Virus record (IMG/VR): IMGVR_UViG_3300027374_000252
Direction: 5' to 3' (one strand)
Source: an uncultured virus (IMG/VR IMGVR_UViG_3300027374_000252)
Lineage: Duplodnaviria > Heunggongvirae > Uroviricota > Caudoviricetes
Length of the DNA: 64,000 nucleotides
The notes beneath the pieces were generated by a model that made no database searches, was not told the origin of the DNA, and was given only the letters and a program-made list of their open reading frames with translations. Positions within the stretch are counted from its first letter, which is position 1, and every line of letters begins with the position of its first letter. The translations under genes and the position numbers were made by a program. Below are positions 1-10,400 of this stretch, in pieces.

Positions 1-127
1 CCTCTCCCCTCCACCTTTTTCTCAAATTGTGGTACTATTATGTCACCCGTTATGCTTTAGGACTACTATAACAAACAATAATTCAAATAATTACAAACTT
101 TAACTTACTTTTTTGAGATGAAAAAAA
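1..127 (+). repeat. 127-bp exact copy of the phage right end (attP-type junction; crossover at or near ATGAAAAAAA)
   Basis: Identical to 60882-61008; diverges right after GAGATGAAAAAAA (G at 128 vs C at 61009). Confidence 0.9.
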
Positions 128-285
128 GTTGGGTTTTGGAAAAATTTTCAGAATAGCATGACGATGGCATATTTGTGACATGTGTACAGCATATAAATGT
201 GTATGATATAGGATGTTATGTTGTGATGAGGGGATGTGAAATTTTTGTGTTTTTGTGCTGTGGATATGCTGTGAATGTTCTATAT

Positions 286-332
286 TTGTGGTACTATTTT
301 GGTACTCGTGGGATTTGAGTACCAGAAGTACC
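286..332. promoter_or_regulatory. Putative integrase arm-type binding sites (GGTACT/AGTACC cluster) overlapping the integrase promoter
   Basis: TTGTGGTACTATT at 286-298 equals 27-39; GGTACT 301-306; inverted AGTACC 318-323 and 327-332; TATATTTG -7 box at 281-288. Confidence 0.55.
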
Positions 333-356
333 AAAAAATGACAAATATAAATCATC

Positions 357-1508
357 ATGGCAGCATCATCAATAAAAGAGCCTGTGAGAATCAGGCGCAA
401 GACTCTCGCAAACGGAAATGTGTCTTTGTATCTTGCAATCTATATCAACGGTCGCAGGGAGTATGAGTTTCTGAAACTGTATCTTGTTCCGGAAAAGACA
501 AGGGCTGATAAGGAGCGCAATAAGCAGACATTGGCTTTGGCGGCCTCCATCAAGGCGCAACGTATTGTGGATATTCAGAGGGGGGCGCACGGCTTTAAGG
601 AGGACAGTAGGGAAGATACTCTGTTTTATGACTACTATAATGCGCTATCGGAGAAGCGCAAGAAGAAGGAGAGCAGTGGTAATTTCGGTAACTGGGCATC
701 ATGTCTGCGGCATCTGATGAAGTATGATCCACGTCAGTCGCTCACTTTTGCCGATATCACACCGAAGTGGGTGCAGGGTTTTCGTGATTATCTGGAAAAT
801 AGTGCTGAGGCTTTCGGGTGTGACCGTAGGGTGCGGAGGGAAAGGCGTCCGCTGTCGCAGAATTCCAAGCATTCATATTTCAATAAACTTCGTACATGTC
901 TGCGTCAGGCTTACGAGGACGGTATCATAAGAACAAACCCGATGAGGGGTATATCGGGTTTCAGTACTCGGGAGGGAACGAGGGAATATCTGACTCTTGA
1001 AGAGGTACGGGCTATGGCGGGGACTGACTGTGATTATCCTGAAATCAAGAGGGCATTCCTTTTCGCCTGTCTCACCGGTCTGCGCCGCTCGGATGTTGAG
1101 AAGCTGTCGTGGGGGGATGTGACGGAACTTAATGGACGGACCAGGTTGGTGTTCCGTCAGAAGAAAACCGGGGGGCAGGAGTATCTGGACATCACTGCAC
1201 AGGCGGCAGAGCTGATTGGTGTGAGGGGCAATGCAAAGGCGGCCGATCGTGTGTTCGGAGATATCCGTTTTCCGGCTGAAACAAACAACAGTCTGAGGAT
1301 TTGGGCTCTGAGGGCAGGGATTGACAAGCATATATCGTTTCATGTGGCGAGGCATACGTTTGCGGTGATGATGCTGACTCTGGGGACGGATATCTATACG
1401 GTGAGTAAACTTCTTGGACACCGGGAACTGAGAACAACGCAGATTTATGCAAAAATCGTGGATGCAAAGAAGCAGGAGGCTGTTGATAATATCCCTAAGA
1501 TATTCTGA
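357..1508 (+). CDS. int: Tyrosine recombinase / phage integrase
   Basis: Bacteroidetes arm-binding N-terminus (SLYLAIYINGRREYEFL); catalytic GLRRSD, HVARH, LLGH, TQIYA. Confidence 0.97.
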   Translation: MAASSIKEPVRIRRKTLANGNVSLYLAIYINGRREYEFLKLYLVPEKTRADKERNKQTLALAASIKAQRIVDIQRGAHGFKEDSREDTLFYDYYNALSEKRKKKESSGNFGNWASCLRHLMKYDPRQSLTFADITPKWVQGFRDYLENSAEAFGCDRRVRRERRPLSQNSKHSYFNKLRTCLRQAYEDGIIRTNPMRGISGFSTREGTREYLTLEEVRAMAGTDCDYPEIKRAFLFACLTGLRRSDVEKLSWGDVTELNGRTRLVFRQKKTGGQEYLDITAQAAELIGVRGNAKAADRVFGDIRFPAETNNSLRIWALRAGIDKHISFHVARHTFAVMMLTLGTDIYTVSKLLGHRELRTTQIYAKIVDAKKQEAVDNIPKIF

Positions 1509-1950
1509 GAGTCTCATAAATGCCGCAGAATCGCGCGAATCGCATTGGGTGGAGGGTGATATCATTTTGGGCCGGGAAGTGGCTTAGACGCGAAATTTTG
1601 GGCTGTTTTTTTGGATTTGGATGCTGTTGGGGAGAGTCTGATGTCGGCTGGCTCTTCCCGATTGAGACGTGGACTGAGATTTCATCGGCGTTGAGGCTGT
1701 CGTCGGTTTATGACGAGGTGCAGGGCGGTAGGCGGGCGTTGCGTGCAGGGGCTGTTTTTGTTGTATAGGCGTCATTCTTTCTGAAGAATTTTTTTAAAAA
1801 TTTTTGGCGGTGGGGCGGCGGTGTCTTCTCTCGCGTGCGTGTGCGTGTGTTCGTGCGCGTGTGCGCGCACTCCACCACCGCCACCTTTTCTTTTATTTAT
1901 TTTTCTTTTCTTTTATTTTATTTGTGTACCAAATGCGGAGTTTATCGGCT

Positions 1951-2220
1951 TAAATGTACAATTATGGGAATAAATGTACATTTATGGGGATTAATGTAGC
2001 ATTAATGGGTATAAATGTTGCATTAATGGGTGTGCGGATGGTGGTCGGTTGGTGTGGGAAATTGGGTGAAAAAGGGCGTTTTGGGGGCGTTTTTCATGGG
2101 TAAAATGGATTATTGTACAAGAATGTGCAGTAATGGGGATTAATTGTACATTTATGGGGATAAATGTACAATTATGGGAATAAATGTACATTTATAGGGA
2201 TTAATGTTACATTAATGTTC
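1951..2220. repeat. Array of ~20-bp degenerate direct repeats (TAAATGTACAWTTATGGGRA), iteron-like
   Basis: Units at 1951, 1971, 1991, 2012 and 2141, 2161, 2181, 2201. Confidence 0.8.
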
Positions 2221-2255
2221 TAAAAGTAGATGGATTAGATAGAAGTGGGGGCGTG

Positions 2256-2690
2256 TCAGTCGTCGTCCTCGTCAGTTTCTCCGCAGAGTTCGCGTAACCG
2301 GTCCTCTATAGTGGTGACTGAACCGCGAACGTCCATATCGACCTCAACGGCTTTCATTTTCGGTGTGTGGAACTCAAGCAGGCGCAGCTCTGCGTTGACG
2401 CGCTCGTTGGGACTGAGTGCAATCATGTCGGCCTCGAAGTCGGAGATAGTGAGTGGAAGGCCGGAGGTATGGTCGGTGAGGGGGATGAGGTCGATGACTT
2501 TATAGACGTTGCCTTCTTCGTCTTGAACGAGGCGTTGACGCTGGATTTCACGTGACCCTCCGGTTATAGGGTCGGTCTGTACACGCGGCTCAAAGTATGC
2601 GAGGCTATGGGCGCGAAGATAGCCTTTGAGGGGATTTTCTTTGTTGGGCGTGCCTTTTTGCCGGCCGCCTGTTTTCTTGCCTAATGCCAT
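2256..2690 (-). CDS. Terminase small subunit
   Basis: N-terminal KTGGRQKGTPNK motif typical of TerS; 144 aa. Confidence 0.7.
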   Translation of the reverse strand: MALGKKTGGRQKGTPNKENPLKGYLRAHSLAYFEPRVQTDPITGGSREIQRQRLVQDEEGNVYKVIDLIPLTDHTSGLPLTISDFEADMIALSPNERVNAELRLLEFHTPKMKAVEVDMDVRGSVTTIEDRLRELCGETDEDDD

Positions 2691-2706
2691 GATAAAATCA
2701 CATGTG

Positions 2707-2770
2707 GTTAAAGATAAAATATGATAGCAAAGATAAGGTGTTACCTTAGCCTTAATATTTTATCTTTAAC
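2707..2770. promoter_or_regulatory. Overlapping divergent late-type promoters, GTTAAAGATA-N25-TAnnTT(T/A)GC on both strands
   Basis: Plus: AAGATA ends 2716, TACCTTAGC at 2742. Minus: GTTAAAGATA (2770-2761), N25, TATCTTTGC (2735-2727). Confidence 0.7.
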
Positions 2771-2786
2771 ATCACAGCGTATAACA

Positions 2787-3284
2787 ATGGGACTTTTGGG
2801 AGGCGCAATCGGTGCGGGACTTGGTGCGGTCGGGGGTATCTTCGGCGGCATCGCGGCTTCGAAGGCTATGAAGAGTGTGAAGAATAATCTGAGTGAGCAG
2901 CGTCGGCGTAATCAGGACTGGTATGACCGCAGGTATAACGAGGACGCAACACAGCGGGCCGATGCACAGGCTATTTTGACAAGGACTGAAGAATCCATCC
3001 GAAACCGTAACCGACAGGCAGCGGGCGCACAGGCGGTCATGGGTGGTACAGAAGAAAGTGTGGCGGCGGCAAAAGCGGCAAACAATCAGGCTCTCGCAGA
3101 TGCCACCGCAACCATCGCCGTCAATGCCGAGAGGCGAAAGGACTCGATCGAGGCGCAGTATCAGGCGAAGGATGAGGCTTTGCAGCAGCAGCTCAATGAG
3201 ATGGAGATAAATAAGGCTAAGAGTACGGCCCAGGCTATAGGGGGTGTGGCTCAGGCAGGGTCTGACATAGCGGGAATACTTTGA
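2787..3284 (+). CDS. Putative small DNA ejection / internal virion protein
   Basis: Gly/Ala-rich hydrophobic N-terminus (MGLLGGAIGAGLGAVGGIFGG), coiled coil, Gly-rich C-terminus; first of three coupled genes; start moved to ATG 2787. Confidence 0.65.
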   Translation: MGLLGGAIGAGLGAVGGIFGGIAASKAMKSVKNNLSEQRRRNQDWYDRRYNEDATQRADAQAILTRTEESIRNRNRQAAGAQAVMGGTEESVAAAKAANNQALADATATIAVNAERRKDSIEAQYQAKDEALQQQLNEMEINKAKSTAQAIGGVAQAGSDIAGIL

Positions 3285-3285
3285 T

Positions 3286-4446
3286 ATGGCGGCACTCGAT
3301 GATATTTTAAGCGGTGGAACACCCACTGTGAAACCGAAGCCTGTGCAGGTTTCCCCACCTCCTATTGACGGTCAGTTGAAGGGAGCAGAGAACACTGTAG
3401 GTTCTAAGCCAGTGGCACAGCCGACAGCCGCACCCCTCCAGGAAACCAAGCAAACACCCGGAACTGACGGTCAGCCACAAGCGAAGCGTCAAGAGCAGAC
3501 CGAGGAGAAAAAGCGTCTGAGCTATGTCGAAATGTTTGAGGCACTCAATCCTAAGAAGCCGGAAACGGCTGAGGAACGTGCCAAACGGGAGAAGCGAGAA
3601 AAACGTGAGGCGGTTCTTGCCGCTGTCGGTGACGGCATTTCTGCCCTGTCTAACCTTTTCTTCACCACTCAGTATGCGCCCAATGCTTATGATCCATCCA
3701 AAGGAATGTCGGCTAAAGCGCGTGAACGGTGGGATAGACTCAGATTGGAGCGTGAAGCCAACCGCAGGGCATATTCTGACGGCTATCTCCGTGCCTTGGC
3801 CATGGATGAGGCAGGAGACCGTGAAGAAAGGAATTGGCGGCATACTTTAGAGCGTGAGCGGATTGCGGATGAACGCTATGAGATAAAAGCAGCACAGGAT
3901 AAGGCTATGGCTGACCTCAACGAACAGTTGAAGCGTCACCAGATTACAGCAGCCGAGTATAAGGCAGAACAGGAGCGCATAGCAGCACAGTTTGCTGAGG
4001 AGACCGAGACGCTGAAGCAAGAAAACCTCCGTGCAGGTGTACGTCAGAAAGATGCCGCAGCAGGAGCATCGAAAGCATCAGCCTCCGCATCCTATTCAAG
4101 AGCGAGGTATTACGACAATGGCGGAAGCAGGGGTAAGGGTAAAGCCGGTCCCACACTCCAACTTGAAGATGATGAGCCTATGCGTTTCGGCGATGACAAG
4201 GACTACGGCCGTGCTGTCATGCGTCTTGCTCCCGACTATGGTGTGCCTACTACCGAAGTACAGGTTACGGAACGTAACCACAAAGGCGAACCTAAGAAGC
4301 AACGCACCATCCAACGCCCTGTCAAGGACATTGCAGCCGACATAGAGCGTGAGGCTGCAAAGAGAAAGAATGCGCAGAATGATGAGTTTTCTCAATATGA
4401 AGTAGAGGGGACTGATGAGTTTTCACAACACGAAAAGAAGAAATAG
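3286..4446 (+). CDS. Putative medium DNA ejection / internal virion protein
   Basis: Charged coiled coil with one hydrophobic segment (AVLAAVGDGISALSNLFF); lies between small and giant ejection genes. Confidence 0.6.
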   Translation: MAALDDILSGGTPTVKPKPVQVSPPPIDGQLKGAENTVGSKPVAQPTAAPLQETKQTPGTDGQPQAKRQEQTEEKKRLSYVEMFEALNPKKPETAEERAKREKREKREAVLAAVGDGISALSNLFFTTQYAPNAYDPSKGMSAKARERWDRLRLEREANRRAYSDGYLRALAMDEAGDREERNWRHTLERERIADERYEIKAAQDKAMADLNEQLKRHQITAAEYKAEQERIAAQFAEETETLKQENLRAGVRQKDAAAGASKASASASYSRARYYDNGGSRGKGKAGPTLQLEDDEPMRFGDDKDYGRAVMRLAPDYGVPTTEVQVTERNHKGEPKKQRTIQRPVKDIAADIEREAAKRKNAQNDEFSQYEVEGTDEFSQHEKKK

Positions 4447-4448
4447 CT

Positions 4449-7400
4449 ATGCCAATATATAGAGTAAACGGTAAGAAATATGATATTCCGAAGGATAAGG
4501 TTTCGAAATTTGAGAGTGTGTATCCGGATGCTACAGTTGATATATATGACAATGCCTCGGGAAAGGGATATGAGATTCCTGTGTCAAAGGTAGGGAGGTT
4601 CAAGAATCGGTTTCCCAAGTGGTCGTATGAAAAGGGTGCGGTGGCTTCTTATACGGATGTGACTGATGTTTCGGAGGCGGGAGAGGTCGGTTCTTCTGTG
4701 GAGCAACAGGAAGCATGGAAGCCGACCCCAATGCAGAAAGCGTTTATGATGGGGTCTGTTCAATCGTCACTGAACAGTTTCAAGGCGCACACGGATGCTT
4801 CAATGGAGCGATTGAAAAACACCTCTGAGTATTACAATCGTGGCGGAGCTTTCTCCGGGAATAAGCCTGTCAAGGGAGATATGCGCTACAACGAAGACGC
4901 CGGGAAGATTGAGCAGACATATCTCACTCCGACAGGAACAGCCACAGCCGACAAGTTTGCCGCAGAGCGTGAAACGAGAGCCTACAACGATTATGTGGAC
5001 AACATGACCGTATCCGGACAACTTCGCCGTGCAGGTAGAGACCTGTCAGACCTCCTCCGTAAAAGGGAGGAACGAGTGAAAGCCATTCATGACAAATGCG
5101 CAGAAGACCAAAAAAATAATAAAGCACCTCTTGCCGCTGTCCTTGGCGCACAGACCTATGTGCCATCCATTCAGTCAGACCCGGAATATCGGGCATTGAC
5201 CGCTGCTATCCATCAAGCAGAGAAGCGTGTCCAAACTCTTCAGCACGAAAGCGACCGACAGGACGGCAAAGATGTTGGCTTTTGGAGGGGCTTCGGTGAA
5301 GTTGTCGGTGATATAAAGACATGGGACTTCGGTTATAGCGGATTGATGGATGCTATGACAATGCTTGATGCCACTTCTAAACCGTCACCCAACCGTCCGG
5401 CAAAGACCGATGCACAGAAAGAGGCTGAGCAAATCATGTTGGAGCAGACATACGAGGCTCAACAGGCACAGTCAGCATACGGACAAAATGATTCGTTTTG
5501 GAACCGGGCCGGTGTCATGACGGGCGAAATGTTGCCATTCATGCTTGACTTTGCCATCATGGGCGGTGCAAAAGGTGGCACATCTATGGTCACAAGAAAT
5601 CTTGATGCCGTCCTGTTGCGTAGTCTCCACAAAGCAGCTCCAAAGATTGCAAGAAACAAGGCTGTGCAGTGGACAACAAAGGCACTGGGAGCAATGCCCG
5701 AAGATTTGCTCTACCGTGCTCCACTCATGACCAATACAGTGCAGGGCATGAAGACAGCATCTGACATCATTGACCGCAAACTTGGAGATGTTGTCATCCG
5801 TGACGATGGTACATACGACTTCTCCAATGACAAGACTTGGGGAAGCGCAGTATGGCAGGGTGAAGCCAATGCAATTATTGAGAACTATTCGGAAATGTTT
5901 GGCACACACCTTGAGGGTGTGCTGTCGTTAAAGACCGTCGGGAAACTCGCTGATACATTCGGAGCAAAGCGTCTCAGCGGAATACTCACCAAAGCAAGCA
6001 ACAGCGAGCTTGCAGGTATTGCCGGAACAATGCAGAAGCACCTCAATCAACTTGGAGTATCTGACTATTTCGGTGAGGTAGGTGAAGAATATTACGGTCA
6101 GTTGTGGCGCACGATGCTCAATCTTGATGATGCCTACAAACAGAATCCGGATGGATCACGGACAAATCTTTTTCTTGACGGACAGTTCCACGGTGATATT
6201 TGGGGAGGCATGGCTCTTTCCATGGGACTTATGGGTGCAGGAAAGTATTCCATATCTGCGGCCGCATATGGTTCAATGAAACACCGTGTGAACAAAACCG
6301 ATACACGAGCATCCGAAATTTTCACTCCAGAAATATGGAATGGTTGGAGAGAACGCATTGACGGCACAACCAATGACAAAATCGGCGAAATGGCAGAGGC
6401 TATTGTCGCAGACCCGACATTGACCGATGAACAGAGAACTGCCGCCATGAACTATATGGAAGCCTCTCTGAATCTTCGTGGCTTCAACCTCGCAAGCGTG
6501 GCCCGTCAGCGTGGAGGTGAAATGTCGGAAGATGAAGCAGCAGCCAATGAGAGTTACATGGACGGCTATACCGCTTCCACTCCGCAGGAAATGAACGATG
6601 CAAAAAAGATGCTTGACTTACAGCGAGGGCGTCTTGCATCGGCATTGTCTGAAGATTTAGTACAGGACTTCGACAACGACCCCATAGGAGCATTGTCCGT
6701 CACTCATGACCCGGAACTCAGACACATCGCATCTGATTATGTCAATGCGAAGGCGGTATATGACGGCATGATACAGCGGGTGCGTGACGATGTGGATGGA
6801 CGTATCGCCCAAAGCAATGCCATGATTGACAGTCGCATCAACCGGGAGACGGGCATGATACAACCTGCTACTATGAAAGCGGATGACCGCAGGGTGTATA
6901 TTGTCAATGGCACTGTAGCCATGTTTGAGGACGGTACTGGTGTTGATACCAACAATTCAAGCGAGAGCATTATAATCCGTGATGCCGAGACGGGTAAAGT
7001 GGAGTTTGCCGACCCTACGCAGTTTCACAGTGTGGATGAAGCGGTTGATGCCGAGACCGAAAAAGAAGCTGCACGCAAACAAATCATTGATGAAATAGCC
7101 GTTGCCGCCGCCAACAATATAGACGGTGTTCTTTCTTTCACGCCCGGCGAGTCATATTCTGTCCTTGACATTGACGGCAATCCGGAAGATATTGCCATAC
7201 TCGGACAACCCACTGACGAGAACGGTATTCCCCTTGACGGCTATGTCGACATTCAGTATCCGGACGGAACGATTCAGTCCGTAGCCACGTCAGACCTACA
7301 ACAGTGGGTTGATGCCGCCAACACTCGGAGAGTAGAGCAGTTTGACAATGAACGGCAAGCGCAGAGAGCCGCTGAGGACGAAGCGGTACGGCAGGCAGAC

Positions 7401-10400
7401 CAATCGGGACTGAGCAATCCTAACCGCCGGACTGACCTCATGCCCGATGATTATAAAACGCCGTATGATAACCGTCCTGTCAGAGCCACACGCTATATCG
7501 AAAGCGAGAATGGCACAGGCGGCACGTTGTATCAAGACGAGAATGGGAACGATGCAGTTGTCATTGCCGCTATTGATGACAATAACTATGTCGGCTACTT
7601 CCGTGAGTATGACGAGCAGGGAAATCCAACCAACCGATGGAGTGCCAAATTTCAAAACGGCAGTGGCATAAGGGAGAATCACCGAGATATGATGCTGACT
7701 GCTCAGGAACTCCTTCCTGCCGGACATGAACTGACAGAACACACAAGTGTTTCGACTGACGGACTGCGTAACCTCGCCAATCAGTTGAAGCATGGATATG
7801 AGCTGCAATATGATGAACAGGGCAACATCGTCACAACCGAAGTTGCCGTGAACATGATGGCAAGAGACAACACGCTTGGTCTTTCCGATTATGAGCCGGG
7901 AAGCATTGACCCTGCAAGGGTATCAAGTGAAGAATATAGGGAAGCTGCATCACGTCTTATCCCCTACATGGAGGCACTCGGTCTTTCCAAATTTAATATC
8001 CATTGGGAAGACGGTACGATGTATGTTGATCATCCTATACTGAAAAGGGCGGATACACCTCAGCAGGAAGTTCAACCTGTCGTTACCGAAAATGCAGAAA
8101 CCGTTCCCAATTCTGACGAAAACACCGAAATTCCCACGGAAAATCGTGATTTAGCCTCGGAAACCGTTCCCAAAACTGAAAATTCTGTAGAAAACGTACA
8201 ACAGACAGCCGATGACGGTTTCATTCCCATTGACCCGGCATTGATTAACAGCAGGACTGACGAAAACGGGAATATCATTTGGGATGAACCTCAACAGGAG
8301 CAGAGCCGGAGCGAGGAACATAAGCAGTCTGCATTGTCCCGTGTGCCACTCAATGAGAAGGGTAAACCGGATTTCGGAGCAGTTGACGCAGATACTGCAT
8401 GGGATGCCATTGTTGAGAAAACCTCCAATGAAGCAATGGCACAGTCTTTCGCTGAAAATATGGTAGCCGCATCAGAAGCGGAACTGAAGAAAGCAGAGAA
8501 AGTAAAGACCCAACCCACGACAGACCTTGACGAGTTTATTGCCGCCGACAGTGAACGCATAGCCAATATAGACCGTGCCAGGACTGCACTCGACCATTGG
8601 AAAAAGGTTGCAGGGACTAAACAGCGCAGACAGGCAGAGGCGGATGCCGTCCGAAGTGCAGAAATGCGCAAACGTGCAGAGGAGGCTCGTATCAAGGCTG
8701 AGCAGGAACGTGAGGAGCGTGAGGAAGCAGAGCGTTGGGAGGCTGAGAAGCGCGGGCTTGATAAGAGACTGCGTGATACTGCGGAATCGGTGCGCCATGT
8801 GCCGGAGGCGGTCGAGGTGCTTAAGGATATGAATCCACAGTCGATTGACGAGGTTGCGTCGTGGCTTCTTTCGCGTCATAAGGTGATTTGGAGCGACACT
8901 AAGAGGGGTGGTGTCAGAATTAAATATGGCGTTGCGAGTCATACCGGTTTTGGAGAGGGAGAGCGCAGGAAGTTGTTCGGGCTATTTGCTTCGGCAGAAA
9001 AGGGTGGCATCTCTCTTGATCGGCTTTCGGAGGATTTGTTTAAGGAGGCATGTGATGTGTTTGGCGTGGCGTATGACAACAAGTCGGCACGAGATGCACT
9101 GATTGAACGTATCGGTGAGGCGCGTACGATGGGAGATATACTCAACTATATAGCCAATAATCGTATTGCCCGTGCCACACGTGTTGCGGCTGAGTTTGAT
9201 GCTTATGAGGCCGAGCAGCGGGAAGAGCATTATCAGGAGGCATATCATATGGGCTATGATGAGTATGAGGCTTATGAGGGGCAGATGCTTGTCGAGATGG
9301 AAAATGCTTTCCGGAATTTTGATGAACAGGAATTTTATGGTAATATTGCGGATGAATTAGTAAATCAGCAAAGATATGGACTTAGAAGCAATGAAGAGGC
9401 TGTCGGCGAAAGAGAAGTCGCAGCTGATGACGGAGGCGTTGAAGTTTTGTCTGGAACGAAATCTGGTGAAGCCGGAGGAGCGCCGAGCAATGTTGTCGGA
9501 CAAGAGGTATCAGGCGGAGCTGGCTATGCGTTGCGTGATACGTCGGGAGGCTTACCTGAAGGCGCATCCCGAGGGTTAGATGGCCCTGGTGGGGGTGTTG
9601 TAGATGCGGGCGTCAGGATTTCGGCGGATGATTTGGCGAAGCTCGGAGAGCGTGACCGGCGCGATGTAGAGGATTATCTGTCGAGGCGGTGGAGCTGCGA
9701 TGTGGGTGTTATTGGCGATGTCCGTGATATTGAGTCGCTACCGGAGAATTCGAGAGCGGATATTGTTGATGCTTACGAAGATGGTGAAACATGGGCTATA
9801 TATAGTCGCGGTGATAAAAAAATCTATATCTTTGCGGGGAAGAATGGTGATGAATCGTTGAGCGGAGTGCTTCTGCATGAGAATGTGCATGCGGTGGTTG
9901 ATATGCTTGGTGATGATTGCCGTGAGTTTCTGGAGGCGTATGCGGGTCAGATTAGCGCTCTGCCTTATACAAATGGTGTCTTCGGAGGAATGTATGCCGA
10001 TATTCAGGATTTATATGCTGAGGATAAGGCTGAGGAGGAATTTCTGGCATACTCTCTTCAATATGTAGAACTGTATAATAAGGTATTAACTAAGATAAAG
10101 AAATCGCTTGATGAACCGACACTCCGTTATCTTGAAGATAAGATTTTAAGTAAATTATATGAGCCAGCAGGAAGAACCGATAAAGGTGAAGCAGTACACG
10201 ACAATTCACGCGTTCAATGGTCGCGCGTACAAGAAGATAATGGATCGCGTGAAAGAGAACCACATGAGATATCAGGAGGAGCATCCGGAGAGCGCAGAGA
10301 GTCCGGATGGGAATCAGAAGCCGGAGGACAACCAGTAGGTGAACGATATGAGTCAACAGAAGAATACCCCGGAAGAGTTGCCGAAAGTGAAGCAGTACAA

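Noticed and set aside
1951..2220. CRISPR or mini-array
   Set aside because: Repeats abut directly and are degenerate; no regular spacers
2721..2786. N-terminal extensions in the ORF track (also 28173, 44793, 49050, 50264, 58860)
   Set aside because: They run through promoters or neighbouring genes; downstream ATGs fit better
7447..9360. Other +1-frame ORFs in the giant gene (7447, 8284, 8575, 8908, 9166)
   Set aside because: Arg/Met/Leu-rich off-frame composition over well-formed main-frame sequence, unlike the four nested candidates
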